A stretch of 64,000 nt of DNA, taken from positions 243,784,001 to 243,848,000 of the forward strand of contig OZ024742.1 in NCBI GenBank assembly GCA_964016885.1, written 5' to 3'. The notes beneath the pieces were generated by a model that had not been told where the DNA came from, ran no database searches, and saw nothing but the letters and a program-made list of their open reading frames with translations. Below are positions 1 to 14,317 of the stretch, one piece after another (position 1 is the stretch's first letter; the number at the start of each line of letters is the position of its first letter). The translations under genes were made by a program, and so were the position numbers. This stretch comes from Eledone cirrhosa. Taxonomy: Eukaryota.

Positions 1-200
1 AACAAAAAATACACTATTTAATTTACTTATTAAAGAATTTGCAAGGGTTTACTAAAGTTATTAATTATTTCATTATTAAAGTGGTATTTGGACTTATCAG
101 AAATAAAATTATGTTGAGTGGTTTTAATTTAAATAGAAAACCTTTAAAATGGGTGGTTTTGTTTCACAAAATCAGAGGATGGTTGGTGTCAAGAGGGTTA
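1..200 (-). mobile_element. Degenerate TTAA-type (piggyBac-like) MITE family 2, partial, reverse orientation
   Basis: Ends in 'ggttggtgtcaagagggtta'. Shares 'tttaaata..aa.cctttaaaatggg.ggtttt' with 8258-8318 and is reverse-similar to 55863-56129. Confidence 0.5.
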
Positions 201-675
201 GGTAAGAATAATTTTATGGAGAGTACACAAAGATTTGGTACATAATGCAATTTTTGTACTTATTGTGTCCACAGTGTAATTTACTGTTGAAAAACTGTAA
301 ACAGCAATAATTCTGTTTCCCCGATACATGTTTTGGTAATATATGTATGTAATACAAGTAGTTTGTATTCATAATGATTTTTTAAAATCCATACTCGCTA
401 TTTTGTGTCATCTATATTGGAATTCATATTTATTAAAAGTACTATTAACATTTCACTGATCTAGAAACATTGACACTCAATGTTACAATTAACTGATAAT
501 ATTTTAGAAGGTTTCTTTTATTTGGTTCACCTTGATGTGTCAATAGAGTTTGTATGTTAATCATAGCTTAAGCTTCACAGTGACTTTACTATGAATTTCC
601 TGTAGCAACAATTCTTTAGCTTTGGTTATATGAATAAACTTTACCAATTTATATTTTATTATTATCATACTGGTT

Positions 676-859
676 TAGTGAATTGGCAGTATCGGTAGAG
701 GGTCGGACGCCATGCTTTGACGCATAGAGTTACGGCCCTTGCCATTCTGAGTTCAAATCCCGCCGAGGTTAACTTTGCCTTTCATCCTTACGGGGTCGAT
801 AAAATAAAGTACCAGTAATACACTGGGAAATTGCTGGCCTTGTGCCAAAAGTAGAAACA
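676..859 (+). mobile_element. tRNA-derived SINE, family 1 (body GCCTTTCATCCTTACGGGGTCGATAAAATAAAGTACCAG)
   Basis: A-box-like TGGCAGTATCGG and B-box GAGTTCAAATCC. 18-bp target-site duplication ATTATTATCATACTGGTT at 658-675 and 860-877. Near-identical copies elsewhere in the window. Confidence 0.92.
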
Positions 860-2884
860 ATTATTATCATACTGGTTACAGTCATTGAACTACAACCATG
901 CTGGAGTAATGTTTTCAGTGGGGTTTAGTCGAACCATAAGCCCAGACTCTTCCTAAATCTGATGTTTTCTAACCACAGATTTTGGTTAATATTTTAACTC
1001 CCACCTCCATCTATATTAGGATGAAGGGCAAAGTTGACAGTTAGGATTTGATCCCAGAATGTAAAAGGATATAAGGATATAAGGATATATCCTTTGCACC
1101 ATTTTCTATTATGTTTGCTCTCATGTTTTAGATTTGAACTTATTACCTCTTTCTAAAGTTTCAGTTCAACAATGTTCTTCACAAAATCAATGCTACTATC
1201 ACAAAGGAACTTTAGATTTGTCTATAGTCATTTAAAATTGCATACGTTTGCAAATTATAGAAATCTTTGTCCTTCAATTTTCTTTTTATTTCTTAAAATT
1301 TTCCTCCTCAATCTCAACAGTTTCCTTGTTATTAGTCACATGAATGGCCAAATTACCAGAAGAACCATTATTTAGAATAGTCTGTTTTATTTATTCTTCT
1401 CTATAGTTCTCTTTAGTTTTTTTTTATGGTAATGGCTAATCTTTTCTTTTATGGTACTAAACAGGGAAAATATATTATTTATAACAATTGATTTGGATAT
1501 AAAATTCAAATAAAAATTCTAGAATCTTTCCTACTTAGTACTATACCAGAACAGATTAGTTATATGGTCTTCAGATATCTTTAGCAGAATCCACTTAGTT
1601 GCAAGCATTCTAGCCAGATCTACTGAATGAAGATAACTTCAGGCTTATGAGCACTGCTCTGCCTCGTCTGGCTGAGTCAATATTTTAAAATGAAAAGCAA
1701 GCAAATACGAGACAAAAAGAGAAAGATTGGCAGTTTGCAGAAATTGTTTTCTACAGGGTAGGACAAATACAACTCAGTAACTTGCTTGCTTGTGTGTTGA
1801 TACATTTTTCTATCACCAATATTTAGATAAGTAAAAATGTTGTAGCTCTCATAACAATTGCCAATTTTTATTGATCTCTCTAACACACTTTTCATTAAAG
1901 CTATATGCTGGCAATAATTCAAAGTCATTATTTCTAGATTGTACTTGTAATTCATAAATTGGGTTTTGCAGCCAAAAATTGTTTTGCTGTTCAACAGATG
2001 TCTATTGTTTAACTTTTGTCATTGATAAACAAAAGTTTTTCAAATAGAGTGATGTTTAGCTATAAAGGTAATAGAATGTGTTTGATTTCTAACTATATGT
2101 TGAGGACAGTTGAATTAATATTCTGGGTGATAACTTAAGACAATTGATTTTAACACTGGAAAGAGCAGCAAGACTGTTCATTTTATGGCAGCATATCTAC
2201 AGCTTCATTAAAGATAATGTATATAATTGGAGAATGTTATTACCAATTCAATTTTTTCTATTCTTACAACATTCCACAAACTTGTTCAAGACAATATATA
2301 TTATTTTATTCTTGTAACAGATTTCCTCATTTTTATAGTCTATAAATATTTTATCATCAATGCTAAACTATCAGAATATAGAGGGAAATTATAATCATCA
2401 TTGCTTTTACATCCACTTTTCCACGTTGGCATGGGTTGGATGTAATGTTTTTGAGTAGCTTTTCTATGGTTGTATGGGTTTCTTGATACTATATTATTTT
2501 TCAGTGTGGTATTTAAAAAAAAAAGTATGGTGTATATATCACTAAGCTGTAGGATATAATGATTTTGAGGGACATAAATAAATGTCACTGTTTGCTTCTT
2601 AAGCTGTGTCAACACAAAGATGTAGCAACTGATACACATGCATACACATATACATACTTGGGACCCTTCCCCTCATCCCCATAGGACAGAGAAGGTTCAT
2701 TAATCAAGTCAGTGGCTGATAGACTCCCTTGTGCTGGTCGCACAATAAAATGCAGCCAGTACACTTTGTAAAATGTTGGAACATATGTGAGAAAGATGTG
2801 GTCCCCGGTTTGTCTGTGAGGACTAGTTTCAACTAAGGGCCGATACGACAACCTGTCCAACCTCTCTTAGCAGGGAAAAGTGTA

Positions 2885-3260
2885 TCATTATCACCGTTTA
2901 ATACCCTTTTCATGCTTGCATGGGTTAGATAAGTTGTCATGTTCTGAGGCTAGCCAGGTCAGGTGGCTGCAACATCTTGCTCATATACGAGCAAGATGTT
3001 GGGTTCATTTTCTATAGCTAGATGCCCTTTCTAACACCAATCACCTTACAACAGATACTGGGAGCATATTAACATTGATTTGCCTGAGGCTACCATATGG
3101 TTTAGTTGTGTATGGCTTGATGCCCTTTCTAACACCAACCATATTAGCATTGGTTTTTCCTGAGGCTACCATAGAAGACACTAGCCTGAGGTCTTTTGTT
3201 GTGGGATTAAATCTGAAACCTTGTGGTTGTGATGCAAACTTCTTAACAACACAACCAAAT
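2885..3260 (-). mobile_element. Old RTE-tail SINE remnants
   Basis: Degenerate 'catgcttgcatgggtt' tail and two 'gatgccctttctaacaccaa' blocks matching the SINE2/RTE 3' UTR body. Confidence 0.55.
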
Positions 3261-3994
3261 GCAATAACTTCACAGATAAACAAATATAACCTTACTTTTC
3301 TTACTTAATAAGACCCTCTAAAGGCTGTAACCATAGGCCTTCCTGAACAATATCTAATTGTCAGCATAAATTCATTGTTGGCCCTTTCTTTTCCATCACC
3401 ACTTTATATTAAAAAGTTATTAATATTGAATATTTATTAATACCAAGCCCTATAAATATAGGGAAAATGCTGATTGTTTAAAAATGTGCACCTTCAGCAA
3501 ATATGGTTTGTTTCTTGGCAGTATCAACAGATTTAAGTTTAATGAAAGTACTGGTGCTGTAAAATTCTAGATATTGCTTTAGATAATCTTATTTCAATAA
3601 CATATTCTTTAACAATGTATACCTTTTAGATTGAAAAATCAATGGCCAGAGAAAATCAGAATATGCAATAAGGATAATACATCTCCTCAATCTTAGTAGT
3701 TATAAATGGTTTGATGAAAATGACTATGGTGATAGTTATTGTTGTAGCTTCACATACTTTAAGTGCTTTTGTATTAAAATCAAGAGTATAAAGTAATTTT
3801 ATGCTGTGTTATTATTCAACCAATAAATTAAGAGATAAAATTGCTGATTATTTTGTTTAAAGGAGCCTTGACAGAATGCTGTCTTGTAAATGGGATATTT
3901 TGAAATGTCGAATTTTTTCAGTTAAGAAGCATCAGTACCACTTAATTTAATTTAAGAAGAATGATAAAAATTAACACTTTGATGAAAAATAAAG

Positions 3995-5760
3995 CTGCTG
4001 CTTCTTCTTTTACTCCTCCTCCTCATGTGAGTTGGGGTGGCAGAATACTCGGAGGGTCTTATCAGAAGCAACCATCTCTATTTTATTTGACTGGATTTTC
4101 AAGAGAGACCAACCTATCCAACTATTCTAATCATATGTCCGTAATATCGGAACTGTGATCTCTCAATTTGGAGAAGTAGTGGTTCTACCTTGAGTTACTC
4201 CCTGATCTTCAGGTTATGCACTCTATTGATTAATATTACTCCAAAGACTCTCAGAAGAATCCCAGTTTCACCACTTGTATTCACATTATGTTCTTTCGGT
4301 TATTACCCAAAATTCATGACTATAGGTAAGCACAAACACTGAACAAATATCGAAAGTTTGGCTTTTGCATCTACCACACTTATTCTGATGACTGAGTGCC
4401 GAAGCTGGTATATTACTGCACCAGCTCCTACAATTCTTGCATTTACTTTCGCCTTCTGCCTTCCATTACTTTTGAAATATCTCAGAGATACTTGATCGTC
4501 TCCACTTGCTTCAGTGTAACTCCACTCATACACAGAGTGCACTGCGCAGGCTTGGGCAGTGAACTTATCCAGTGCATATCTTAAGTAGTACCATGTCATC
4601 TGCAAATTCCAGCTGACTGATCTTGCACTTGCCACTTTTGATATCACTTCCATCTGGGCTGAGCATATCTATCCTGTTTATGAAGATCAAGAACTGTAGA
4701 AGTGACAATATGCATGCTTGCTAGAGTGACACCCATATTGAATGGTTTCAACTTAGTGCCATTTGTCCGAACACAAATACTATGGCATTCGTATTGGGAC
4801 TTCAAGGCAACAAGAAGCTGTTCATGACAAGTTCCATGGAATGCCATTGAATGCTTCTTCAAGGTCCATAAAACAAGCATACTCCTCTTAGCAATACTCC
4901 CATGATTTCTAGAAGATCTGCTGCAGAGTGAATATTTGGTCAGCTCTGCTATGTCTAGTTTGAAAACCACACAGTTCATCAGCTAGCTTGGACTCAACAA
5001 TATCCCTACATCTCTTTGTCAAACACTTAGTGAAAACTTTACTAGAGAGGCTCAACAAAAGATTTCTCTATCATTTGAGCAATCTCTCTCTTGTCTTACT
5101 TTTTGAAAATTGTGATTATTGCTCCTGATTGCCATTGCTTTGGTGCATTTCCAAGTAACACATGAACCAGCAGAGTGTACCTTATCTATTCAAGGCTTTT
5201 AACACTTTGGGCCGAATTTCATTTTCCAAATTTGAATTCTGGTGACCTCAGTCTCTGAGAGGTTAGTCTTCATCCCTAGATGCACTTCATATACATCAGA
5301 TGTTTTTGTGATTGGATTTTGGAGATTAGCAAAGTTCTCTTCAGCTCATGAGGATGCACCTCTTTTCAGAGAGAAGAACTCCAGACAAGTTCCTGATAGC
5401 AGGCATGGAATCAAACTTCTTATTACAAAGTTGGTGGATGATCTACCAGATTACTTTACTTGCTGATCTAAAGTTGGATTCCAGCTTAAGCTCAAAGTCC
5501 TTCCATTTCTTAACTTTAGATGCCTTTACTGTCTCTTAACCAGCATGTTAAAGATGTCATCTGAGCAAAGTAGGAGGTTTACAAAGTTTGGCTTGGAAAT
5601 AAGCCTTCCTTCTTGTAACTCAGTAAAAGCAGGTGTGAAAAATTGCAGCAGAAACTGAAAAATCAATCTTTGGACCAATTTTTCATCTATACCTCTGTTT
5701 ATTTTTATATACATCTGAAACTGATTTAGCCATTCTTCAAAAGTACAAAACAGCACTATG
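3995..5760 (-). pseudogene. Old, heavily disrupted RTE-clade (Expander/Rex3-like) LINE ORF2 remnant
   Basis: Minus-strand fragments read 'FKSNGRQKAKVNARIVGAGAVIYQLRHSVI..KAKLSIF', 'LKALN..WQSGAIITIFKK' and 'IERSQ'. Many stops and frameshifts. Confidence 0.8.
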
Positions 5761-5804
5761 ACTGCACCACATTAAAAATTAAAGTCTTTATTTCAGTTTA
5801 CAGC

Positions 5805-5925
5805 AAATTTCCACAACAATCTGTCCACTAGTAAAAGCACTATAAACATTTGAATTAAGAGGAAATACTACAAATTTATACAACAATCTGTCCTCTCATA
5901 AAAATAGAATAAACATTTGAATTAA
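5805..5925. repeat. Diverged tandem duplication (~66-bp period)
   Basis: 'caaattt..acaacaatctgtcc.ct..taaaa...ataaacatttgaattaa' occurs twice. Confidence 0.75.
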
Positions 5926-8094
5926 CAAACCCACATTTAGATATTTTCTGCTAAATTGTTACAGGATATTAATAGTTAAAAGAAGACTCTGATAAAACTA
6001 ATTACTTAAGAAACCTACAGTCTACTGCGTGTGTAAGTGACAAGAAATGAAACTTTATACCCACTCTTTTGAATAATATATATATGGTCTTTGTGTGTGG
6101 ATTGGATGCATGTGTATGAAACAATTGAGTAATAATAATGAGCAGAATTTAAAACAACTAGTAAAATAAATGTTTCACTGTCTGATTTGTTTCTCTTTGT
6201 ATACTGATATGTTTAGCAAAGATAGTGTTTATTGAATTCCAGTTTATGTATTTATTTAATATTTTAAGTGTATTTAAAGCATTTAGAGATGCATCTGCCT
6301 TGAAGTTTTAAATTAAGGCTGTAAGGGTGGGATGCTGTTGGTGAAACATACAAAAGCTTCAGAATAAAAGCAGTGGCTATATTGATAAAAAGGAGCAAAG
6401 TATGTGATGTGTAATAAAACCAGTTAATGCACTTGATTAGTAAGTTTTGCTCCCTCTTGAATAGGATGAGTAACTTGGGTTTATGAGGCTTTCCGTGTGA
6501 AGATAATTTATCTAAAAGTCATAGTAGAACATTTATTTCAGTAATTTTTCACCCTACAGATATAATGTAAACATTCTACCCCCCCATCATTAAATTTCAT
6601 TTTTGAACTGAAATATTAAATCCATATTGTTTTTATGTATGCTAAGGTAAACTTAATGAAACTTAGCTTTCCTATTCTATGGCACCAGGTAACATATTTC
6701 TTTCTGTCCACCTGCATATTTCTCCTCTTTACATTGGTTAAACATATAGGTAGAGTATATTACTATGCTGTTCATTAGTTGAATGTAGCAAATAAATGGA
6801 GTCTAATGAAAGTATAAAAAGAGGACTGTCTATTTTTTTTTATACTTCTCTAATCATTAGACCAAAGATGGGCTGAGCCTTTTAAGCTTTGGAGAGCCCA
6901 GTGTTTAATGAGTTATAAGTAGCTGAGTGCAGTTAATACTTTTCCTTTAGTATTTGTAGATGACTGTAAAAAGGAGAAAAATGTTTAGAGATATCAGGAA
7001 GTATTGAGAAAGAAACATAATAAAGGTAATGAAGAATTAGAAAATAAATATTAAAAATGGCAGTCACTTCAATTATACTTGTGGAAAATGACATTTTCTT
7101 TAAAACAAATATAGAATATTGTAGTTACAATCTTTATCTAATTCACTAGTTTTGGACACTTTTATTGTTTTCTTTATTGACTTCTCTGAACACAACCCCA
7201 TTGGCTGTAAGAATAAAAAGGGATAAAATTATTGGCTTTTACTGCTTCTCTTAGTTCTGAAACTAGTAGCAAAATAGTATTGCATTAAAATGAGAAATTC
7301 AATAATATTAATGAATATGTTTTGTTTTGTTTTTATATTGACTGTTTTCTACAAGAGTTGAATTTTTTAGTCATGAAACTAAATTAATTTTTCAAGGGTG
7401 ACTCATTTAAAGAGACAAGATGTCATGCTTTATAACATTTTTAAAAGAATAGTTCTTTCATTTTCAGATGTTTAATCATTTAATGCAAAGCTTTAAGTCG
7501 TAATTTTCCTTTCTTTGTTTGTATTTTAACTGCGATGCCTTTTATATTCAACATGAATACCTTTTTACGAATAAAAAGCCCAGGAATTTTTAAATTATTT
7601 GTTTTATATGTATTGCTAATATTTCTGCTCTTTGATAATCAGACATAGGATTAATTTTCTCTCAGTTCTATTGAGGCTGTAGAACGTTTTTGTTCATTGA
7701 ATTTGTTGATTAAACAATTCTTGAGATATTATTTTTTTTAATAATATTTGTTTCTCCTTTATTTCTAACTAACAGAGCTTAATTTGGTCCTATTGTTTTA
7801 TTTTTATATTTACATTCATATTCTATATCTTACATTTTAGTATGATATAGATACTGATGATCAGTGTGTAAAAATGAGCTACAAACAAAAATATGAATTT
7901 ACAAATTAGAGAATAGAGTTAATTTAGCAGTATAAAAATAGCCTTATTGTGTTAAAAATTTAGGGCTTGAGACCTTTGTTCCTGCAACTTTTGCTTATAT
8001 GACACTGGTATTATGTGTGCACTGTAGTGTAAAATAAATAAGCACTTTTGCAAGTCGAGCTTGTAAGACAGTTTCAATTTCAGCTGTTACTGTT

Positions 8095-8552
8095 TAACTT
8101 AATGATTTTGTTACCATATTTATAATAAAATGCACTGTATTTGGCTTAATCAATGAATAATTTAGAAGGATTTACTAAAATTAATCATTTCATTAAGATG
8201 GTATATTTATAACATAAATTAAAAGGTTCTTATATCAAATTATATTGGAAAGTCTAAATTTAAATATGAACCCTTTAAAATGGGCGGTTTTGGATGGGTT
8301 GTTATCAAAAAGGGTTAAATGAAAAGCACTGCCTATAATGTTCAAATGATTTAAAAGATAATAAAAAGTTTGATAGGATTTATTAATGTGACTAACTTTG
8401 TCCATTACTAAGCTGTTGTTTGGATCATAACTTAACAAAGGTTCTTACATAATATTATGATAGAGGTTTTTAGATTAATATATGCATGTTAAAATAGTTT
8501 TGTATTGTAGAATCGGGTGCAGTTTTAGATGAATTGGTCTCAAAAGGGTTAA
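8095..8552 (-). mobile_element. Two tandem degenerate copies of TTAA MITE family 2
   Basis: Termini 'gttatcaaaagggttaa' (8318) and 'ggtctcaaaagggttaa' (8551). Internal similarity to the reverse complement of 55863-56129. Confidence 0.55.
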
Positions 8553-8716
8553 ATTATGTTGATATGCTTTTGTGAAAAAAATAATCTTTAAAACTCTCCT
8601 ATCTTTCTTCATAAAAATATTTTAGACTTCAAAACAGCCAGTAAAATATTCCAGTCTACTCTACATCAGGAACTATGTCAATAATAGCAAGCTTGTACAG
8701 AAATGAATGTATTTTT

Positions 8717-8930
8717 TTAACCCATTAGCATTTACTATTGTATTTTCAAGGTAAAGGTTTTATCTTACATAATTATCTCACATAATATCAAATGTATGAG
8801 ATTTTGATAGTATTTATTTTGAGAACAATACCTTAACATAAGTATGAGCAGCTCGTTATTGTCGGTTTGAACAGAAAGAGGTGAGATAATTTTGGCCGGA
8901 TATGGCTGATTTAAATACTAAAGAGTTAAA
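8717..8930 (+). mobile_element. piggyBac-like MITE family 1 with TTAA target-site duplication
   Basis: TTAA-CCCATTAGCATTTA ... TAAATACTAAAAGAG-TTAA imperfect TIRs. A second copy lies at 14318-14545. Confidence 0.8.
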
Positions 8931-11330
8931 GAATTTATATTGATGTGTAACATCTGAAAGGAAAAATACAAGACATTGTATTTTGTTATCGCATTAAAAC
9001 CTTGGATATTATTTATTCTATTTATTTCTTTATTAGAACTTCAATTTTAATCATATAGGAAACCAATTGAAATAGTTCTTTAATTTTCACTCATAAAGTA
9101 TGGAAACAAATATATAGTATTTTCTGTATGGGTTATAATCTTAAAATTGTTTTAGCATAAAGTTAGTAAATCTTTCTCCTCATATAGAATTAAATTGTAT
9201 ACTCTATGGTGTGTTATGTAATTTCCCTCAAATATTTATTGCCATCTTCAATCCCAGATTATTTATTCTAGATATTGACTGATATAATCCATCTGAATGA
9301 GAGAACATGTATGGATTAAAGCACAACAAACCTGAGGAGGTCAGACTAGTTTGTGTTCCTTATAGTAGAAGCAGTAGCAATGACAGCCAGTATACCTTAT
9401 AGTATTTAGTTATTGTTTCATACTTACTGCCCTACATTTCCAATATCTCCAAGCACAAGATCTTTCAGTGTAAAATCTTTTTCCGTATAAAATAGAACAT
9501 AAAATAGATGCTAGCTTTAGATGCTGTTACAGACCAGAAACCTACCTTTGTTAGTTTTGGAATGCAACATTTAAATTGCATTATTAAAAAGATTGATAAA
9601 ATGTTATGCTGATCGGCATTAATAGTCAGTAGTGGTGGTGAGAGTGATGATTGCAACAACAATCACTGTGTATGTGTATAGTGGTGATGGTAGTAACAAT
9701 GACAGTGTATATGTATATGTATTTGTGTGCATGCTTGCATTTTATATTGAGTAGTAAAGTCTTTGCAGGTAAGAAATTCTCATTTCCTTGATCCATTGAA
9801 ACATATCAGAGAATTGTTGCATCTTTGCTAAAACATTTCATGCTTTATCTAATCTTTCATGGTTGTTGGTTTTTAACTGCTAATCTGTTTGAAGTTAACA
9901 TAGATTTCATTGGCTACATTGATCTTAGTAGCTGCATAACAATTGTATTATTGACTCAGATGTATATTAAACACTTCATAATAAAAACATATTACAGCTA
10001 CACATTCTGATTGAAATTAGTTTCTCTAGCACATGTTTGCTTGATGAATAAACTGCACAAAAATTTTATTGATAAACTTAGCTGTTCTTGAGTCACCACT
10101 AAGCACATATTCTTTTACATAGATATGCTAAGAATAGCTCAAAACAACTAAAAATAGCTCAAAACAACAACAAAAAATAATTTTACAACAAATTTTTAAA
10201 AAATCATTTAATTCTTACAGAACAAAGTTGAGAGTGAAAGTTACCTGAGAGCATGTTTCTACTTGATATTTTTTGTTGTTATTTTTATTATAGCAAGCAT
10301 AGAAACAAGGCAAATGACAGGATAAATCCGAGCAGACAGCCATTGGCAGCTTTAGTTTAAATAATAAAACAACTAAGTTAGTTTTACTTTTTATTAGGAT
10401 TAGCTAAGGATAAAAATCATTCAACATTTTCTTTACACCAATTAAAGAATCTATTAGATTATGATCATTGCTCTTGATATGGAGCTTATTTTTTTTTATG
10501 TATTTAATTACACAAAAATCTCTCTAGATTTAGCTGAACATTAACATAATTTATTGAGTTTTCCTTGTTCATGACTATGTTGGACTTTAGAAGAGAATAT
10601 ATGAAGTTATTTGCTGTTGCATTATGTATGTATGGGCATGCTGGTCTTGTGTCAAAAGTGGAAGCAATTATGTATGGGACTATAGAGTCATAGGGCTGCT
10701 GTAATGACATGGCATGTCTTGGGCATTTTAAAACTTGGTGGAGTCCATGCTCTTTCCGTCTGGACACAGCCAGTTTCTTCCAGAGAAAGAGTAATAGAGA
10801 GGAAATGAGAAATATGTATAGAGGAAGAATTGATCCCTGTACTGGTCTGGTGCTTTTTTAATCAACCTTGAAAGGACAAAAATCAAAGTTGACCTAGGTG
10901 GCTTTGATAGCGAGAACAAATACGACAAAGCATTTCTTTATATCCCATGTTTAATTTGTGAAATTTAAGGAACATACTTTAATTTACCAAAACTGGTTTT
11001 ATTTGAATTAAGTATCATTATCATTATTATATTTTCTAAAAACTATTTTGAAATTCAAATAAACTTAAATAGCAACTGAGAATTAAATCAGTGGTTCCTC
11101 CTAACCTTTTCACTGTCAAGGACCTCTTTTTTAAAAATGATTTCCTCCCCACAAATCTCATGCTTTTGAAACGTCTTTCTACTTAGCAAACCAATTTTAT
11201 TAACTAGCAACAAACTTGTTTTCTCAGTTTTGTTGAAAGATATATCTGAATATTCAGTATTAATTAAAAAAAAAAAAAATTGTTTTATTCTCAACACCCT
11301 GTAATGATTTAGCAGAGGGTAGTATTTAAT

Positions 11331-11593
11331 TAATTCAAATGTTTATAGTATTTTTATTAGTGAACAGATCATTGTGAAAATGTACAGTAGACTAGAGTTA
11401 AGACTTTGATTTTTAATGTGATGCAGTCATAGTACTGTTTGTACTTTTCAAGAATGTCTTGCTAATGTGGTTTGCTAATTCAAATGTTCAGAGTATTAGC
11501 GAGTAGATCATTGTGAAAATTTGCAGTAAACTTAAGTAAAGACTTAACTTTTAATGTGATACGGTCATAGTATTGTTTGTACCTTTCAAGAAT
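11331..11593. repeat. Diverged direct duplication of ~120 bp
   Basis: 11331-11455 and 11477-11593 both read 'taattcaaatgtt...agatcattgtgaaaat...ttttaatgtgat...gtcatagta.tgtttgtac.tttcaagaat'. Confidence 0.85.
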
Positions 11594-12271
11594 TGAATAT
11601 CATTAGATTGATGTGATATTTTTAATCTATTGGAAACACTGAAATTTGATAATATAAAAACAAAACAAACAAAACATTAAAACTGTTTTTATTAAAGTTT
11701 TACTAAAAATCAAATTATTTTATGATTGGTTTCTAAATAGTTTTGATTTCCTAGTTAATGCATTTTCACATATTTTTCATAGAATTTGTAGTTTCTTTTA
11801 GTCTCACAGAAATAAGCAAGACATTTTTTTAGTGTTTCTATCATATTCTATTTTTATGTTTTGTAACTTTTTCAAATTAGATATATTAACGAAGAACAGC
11901 ATGATTTAATATTTATTCTAGAAACTACTGCTTATAAATGAGTTTTTTTAAAATTTAATATAGATATTTATTAAAGTGAGAAGTGAGATGAGTTGATGTT
12001 AATAAAAGATAATATTTTGGAAAACTAACCTTCATCTTTAGATATAGTTATTTTAACCCCCATCCCCCTAGAAGTAGACTTTGGTGAGATTTGAACCCAG
12101 AGAACCTAAATAAAGCTGGGTATTTTTGTTAATGTCTCCCAATTCTGCCACCCTCCCAGTATGTAGTTCAACTAAGTTACAATGTAAGTGTAGAGGACAT
12201 GTGAATGAGAAACAAAAGTAAATAGTCACTCATGTTTGGCTCTCTTTCATATGTTTTTTTTTGTATTTGTA

Positions 12272-12643
12272 ACGACCGTGACCTCTGGCGTCATGCAGTA
12301 ATACAGAAGACCCGACCCCCACGAGTACAAGCTGAAGCTGAAGCATATAGACAATATGCCCCCACACCCTCCCACTGCAAAGTGGTCGTGGAGGTGCCAT
12401 GGCAAAAAAGCACCCAGCCCACACTGTAAAGTGGACGTGTAGACGCCACGGAAAAAAAGCACCCAGCGCTCACTGTAAATGAAGTTGGTGTGAGGAAGGG
12501 CATCCAGCTGTAGAAATCAAGCCAGAATCAGTTCCCGTATAAGCAAGACAAGGTCAGCCGACCGGACACTGCCCACAACAGGACAACCAGTCTAACCCAT
12601 GCTAGCATGGAAGAACGGATGTAAAACGGTGATGATGATGATG
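12272..12643 (+). mobile_element. RTE LINE family B, 5'-truncated 3' end
   Basis: Last codons 'DRDLWRHAVIQKTRPP', 3' UTR matching 29649-30020 (reverse), and (GAT)n tail. Confidence 0.9.
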
Positions 12644-14317
12644 ACTTAGCTCAACTGCTGTGTGTTCTATCTTATATTGAATTATTTAAGGACTAACTTA
12701 TGTGTAGAAACAATATAATTTTACTGGCTATTGGAGAAATATTCAAGGTGATAATGTATTCAGTTATCTATCCATGTATCATGAGTTCAAATCTGCTTCT
12801 GGTATTTTTTTCTATTTCTGAGCAGAATATTTTACAATAACATCACCTCAGTTTATATGTAAAAAATAGGTAGCAGATCAATTTGATTTCAGCCTCAAAC
12901 CAGAATCCATCAGTCATTTTAGTGTATCCTGTCATTAGATCTAGATTACTGACTGATTACAAGCCTAGTATTCCACATAAAAGTCATCAGAAAGAGATGT
13001 CCAACCTTAAGAGATTTCTAGCATTTTAGGAAAATAAATAAATATTAGGCTGTATTGTTATTTTGTATATTCTTTTATAAAGGACTTCTTTATTTTATTG
13101 TGTGTGTGTGTGTACTTTTATGTGGTCATATGATTAGAGGTTATCTGCTGATAGTTTAAGTTGTGGGTTTGAAAAGATGCAGGATTAGATATATGGGAAT
13201 ATCAATAAAAGTTGAATGTATTTTTTCTTTGATTTATTACATAATACATAAAGTTTTATCTCACAAAGTACTTGGAAGATATCTAATATTTAATGAGAGA
13301 AAATATAAATGATAAATTATGTGGTTTATAAATTAAATATTAGAAATCAGTGGAAGGTGTATAACTAAATATATGACAAGACATATTTTGTCTTACAGTT
13401 TGCCACTTCTGCTATCCACAAATATGATAATATATTTGTGTTGACTGACAGATTGTCCATTACATTTTTAACAGACCATGCTTAATTGTTTTCTAATTGA
13501 TATAGTTCTTATTTTCACTGCTTATTTAACTATCATGCAACATATTATGAAAGGTTTGATAACCCACATGAAAGCTCATTCTGTTTGGAGAGTATTTTGT
13601 TTTTCATGTTGTTTTGCTATAACATAAGTCTTCTGCATCTTCTTATAAACTACTTCATTTAATTTGTTTTTCAACCTCTGTCAACTATTGATACTATTTT
13701 TTTACAGATTATTTTTTCTTATTTTTTTCTTATGCATCTCAAAAAATAGTTTCTAAATTACCTTTACTGCTTTTCATTAAAGTCCTTCCTTAATTTATAA
13801 TCCATTTATAATTCTTTGAAAAATTATCTTTCTATTTTAAATACAGCTTTCTTACAATTGTTATTTTGTACATATACTATTTTTACTTCTAAAACAATTT
13901 TATATTTTCTCAAATGGTCTTTTAGTTCATCTGCTATTATTGCCTCACTGTACTTCTTTCTCATCTATTTAAAGAGTTTGCTAGGACCTTATGTATAATT
14001 CTTTTCATAATTATTTCCATCACTTAATAACTAGATAACATTTGATGAACTGTTTTATTTCTTTTATTGTGTTTTGCCTGCATCAGTGTTTTAGTTTTTA
14101 CTCTTTGTTCTTGCATTTCACCATTGAAACAAGCTATTACTTAGCAAGCCATGGCTTTTGGGATCTATACTATTAATATCTTAAACTGAAAAGTTTTAGT
14201 CTTCTTAAGGCTCCCTTTTCACAATTTTAAAAGCCTGTTAGATGCTCTTCTGTAATCAAGGGTTTCATTTCTTAAACAACCTGTCATCATTGTCATCACT
14301 TTTCATGCTTGTATTGG

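Noticed and set aside
12373-12480. Repeat-hairpin units superficially like a CRISPR array or intrinsic terminators
   Set aside because: No unique spacers and no cas genes. The context is a eukaryotic retroelement UTR.
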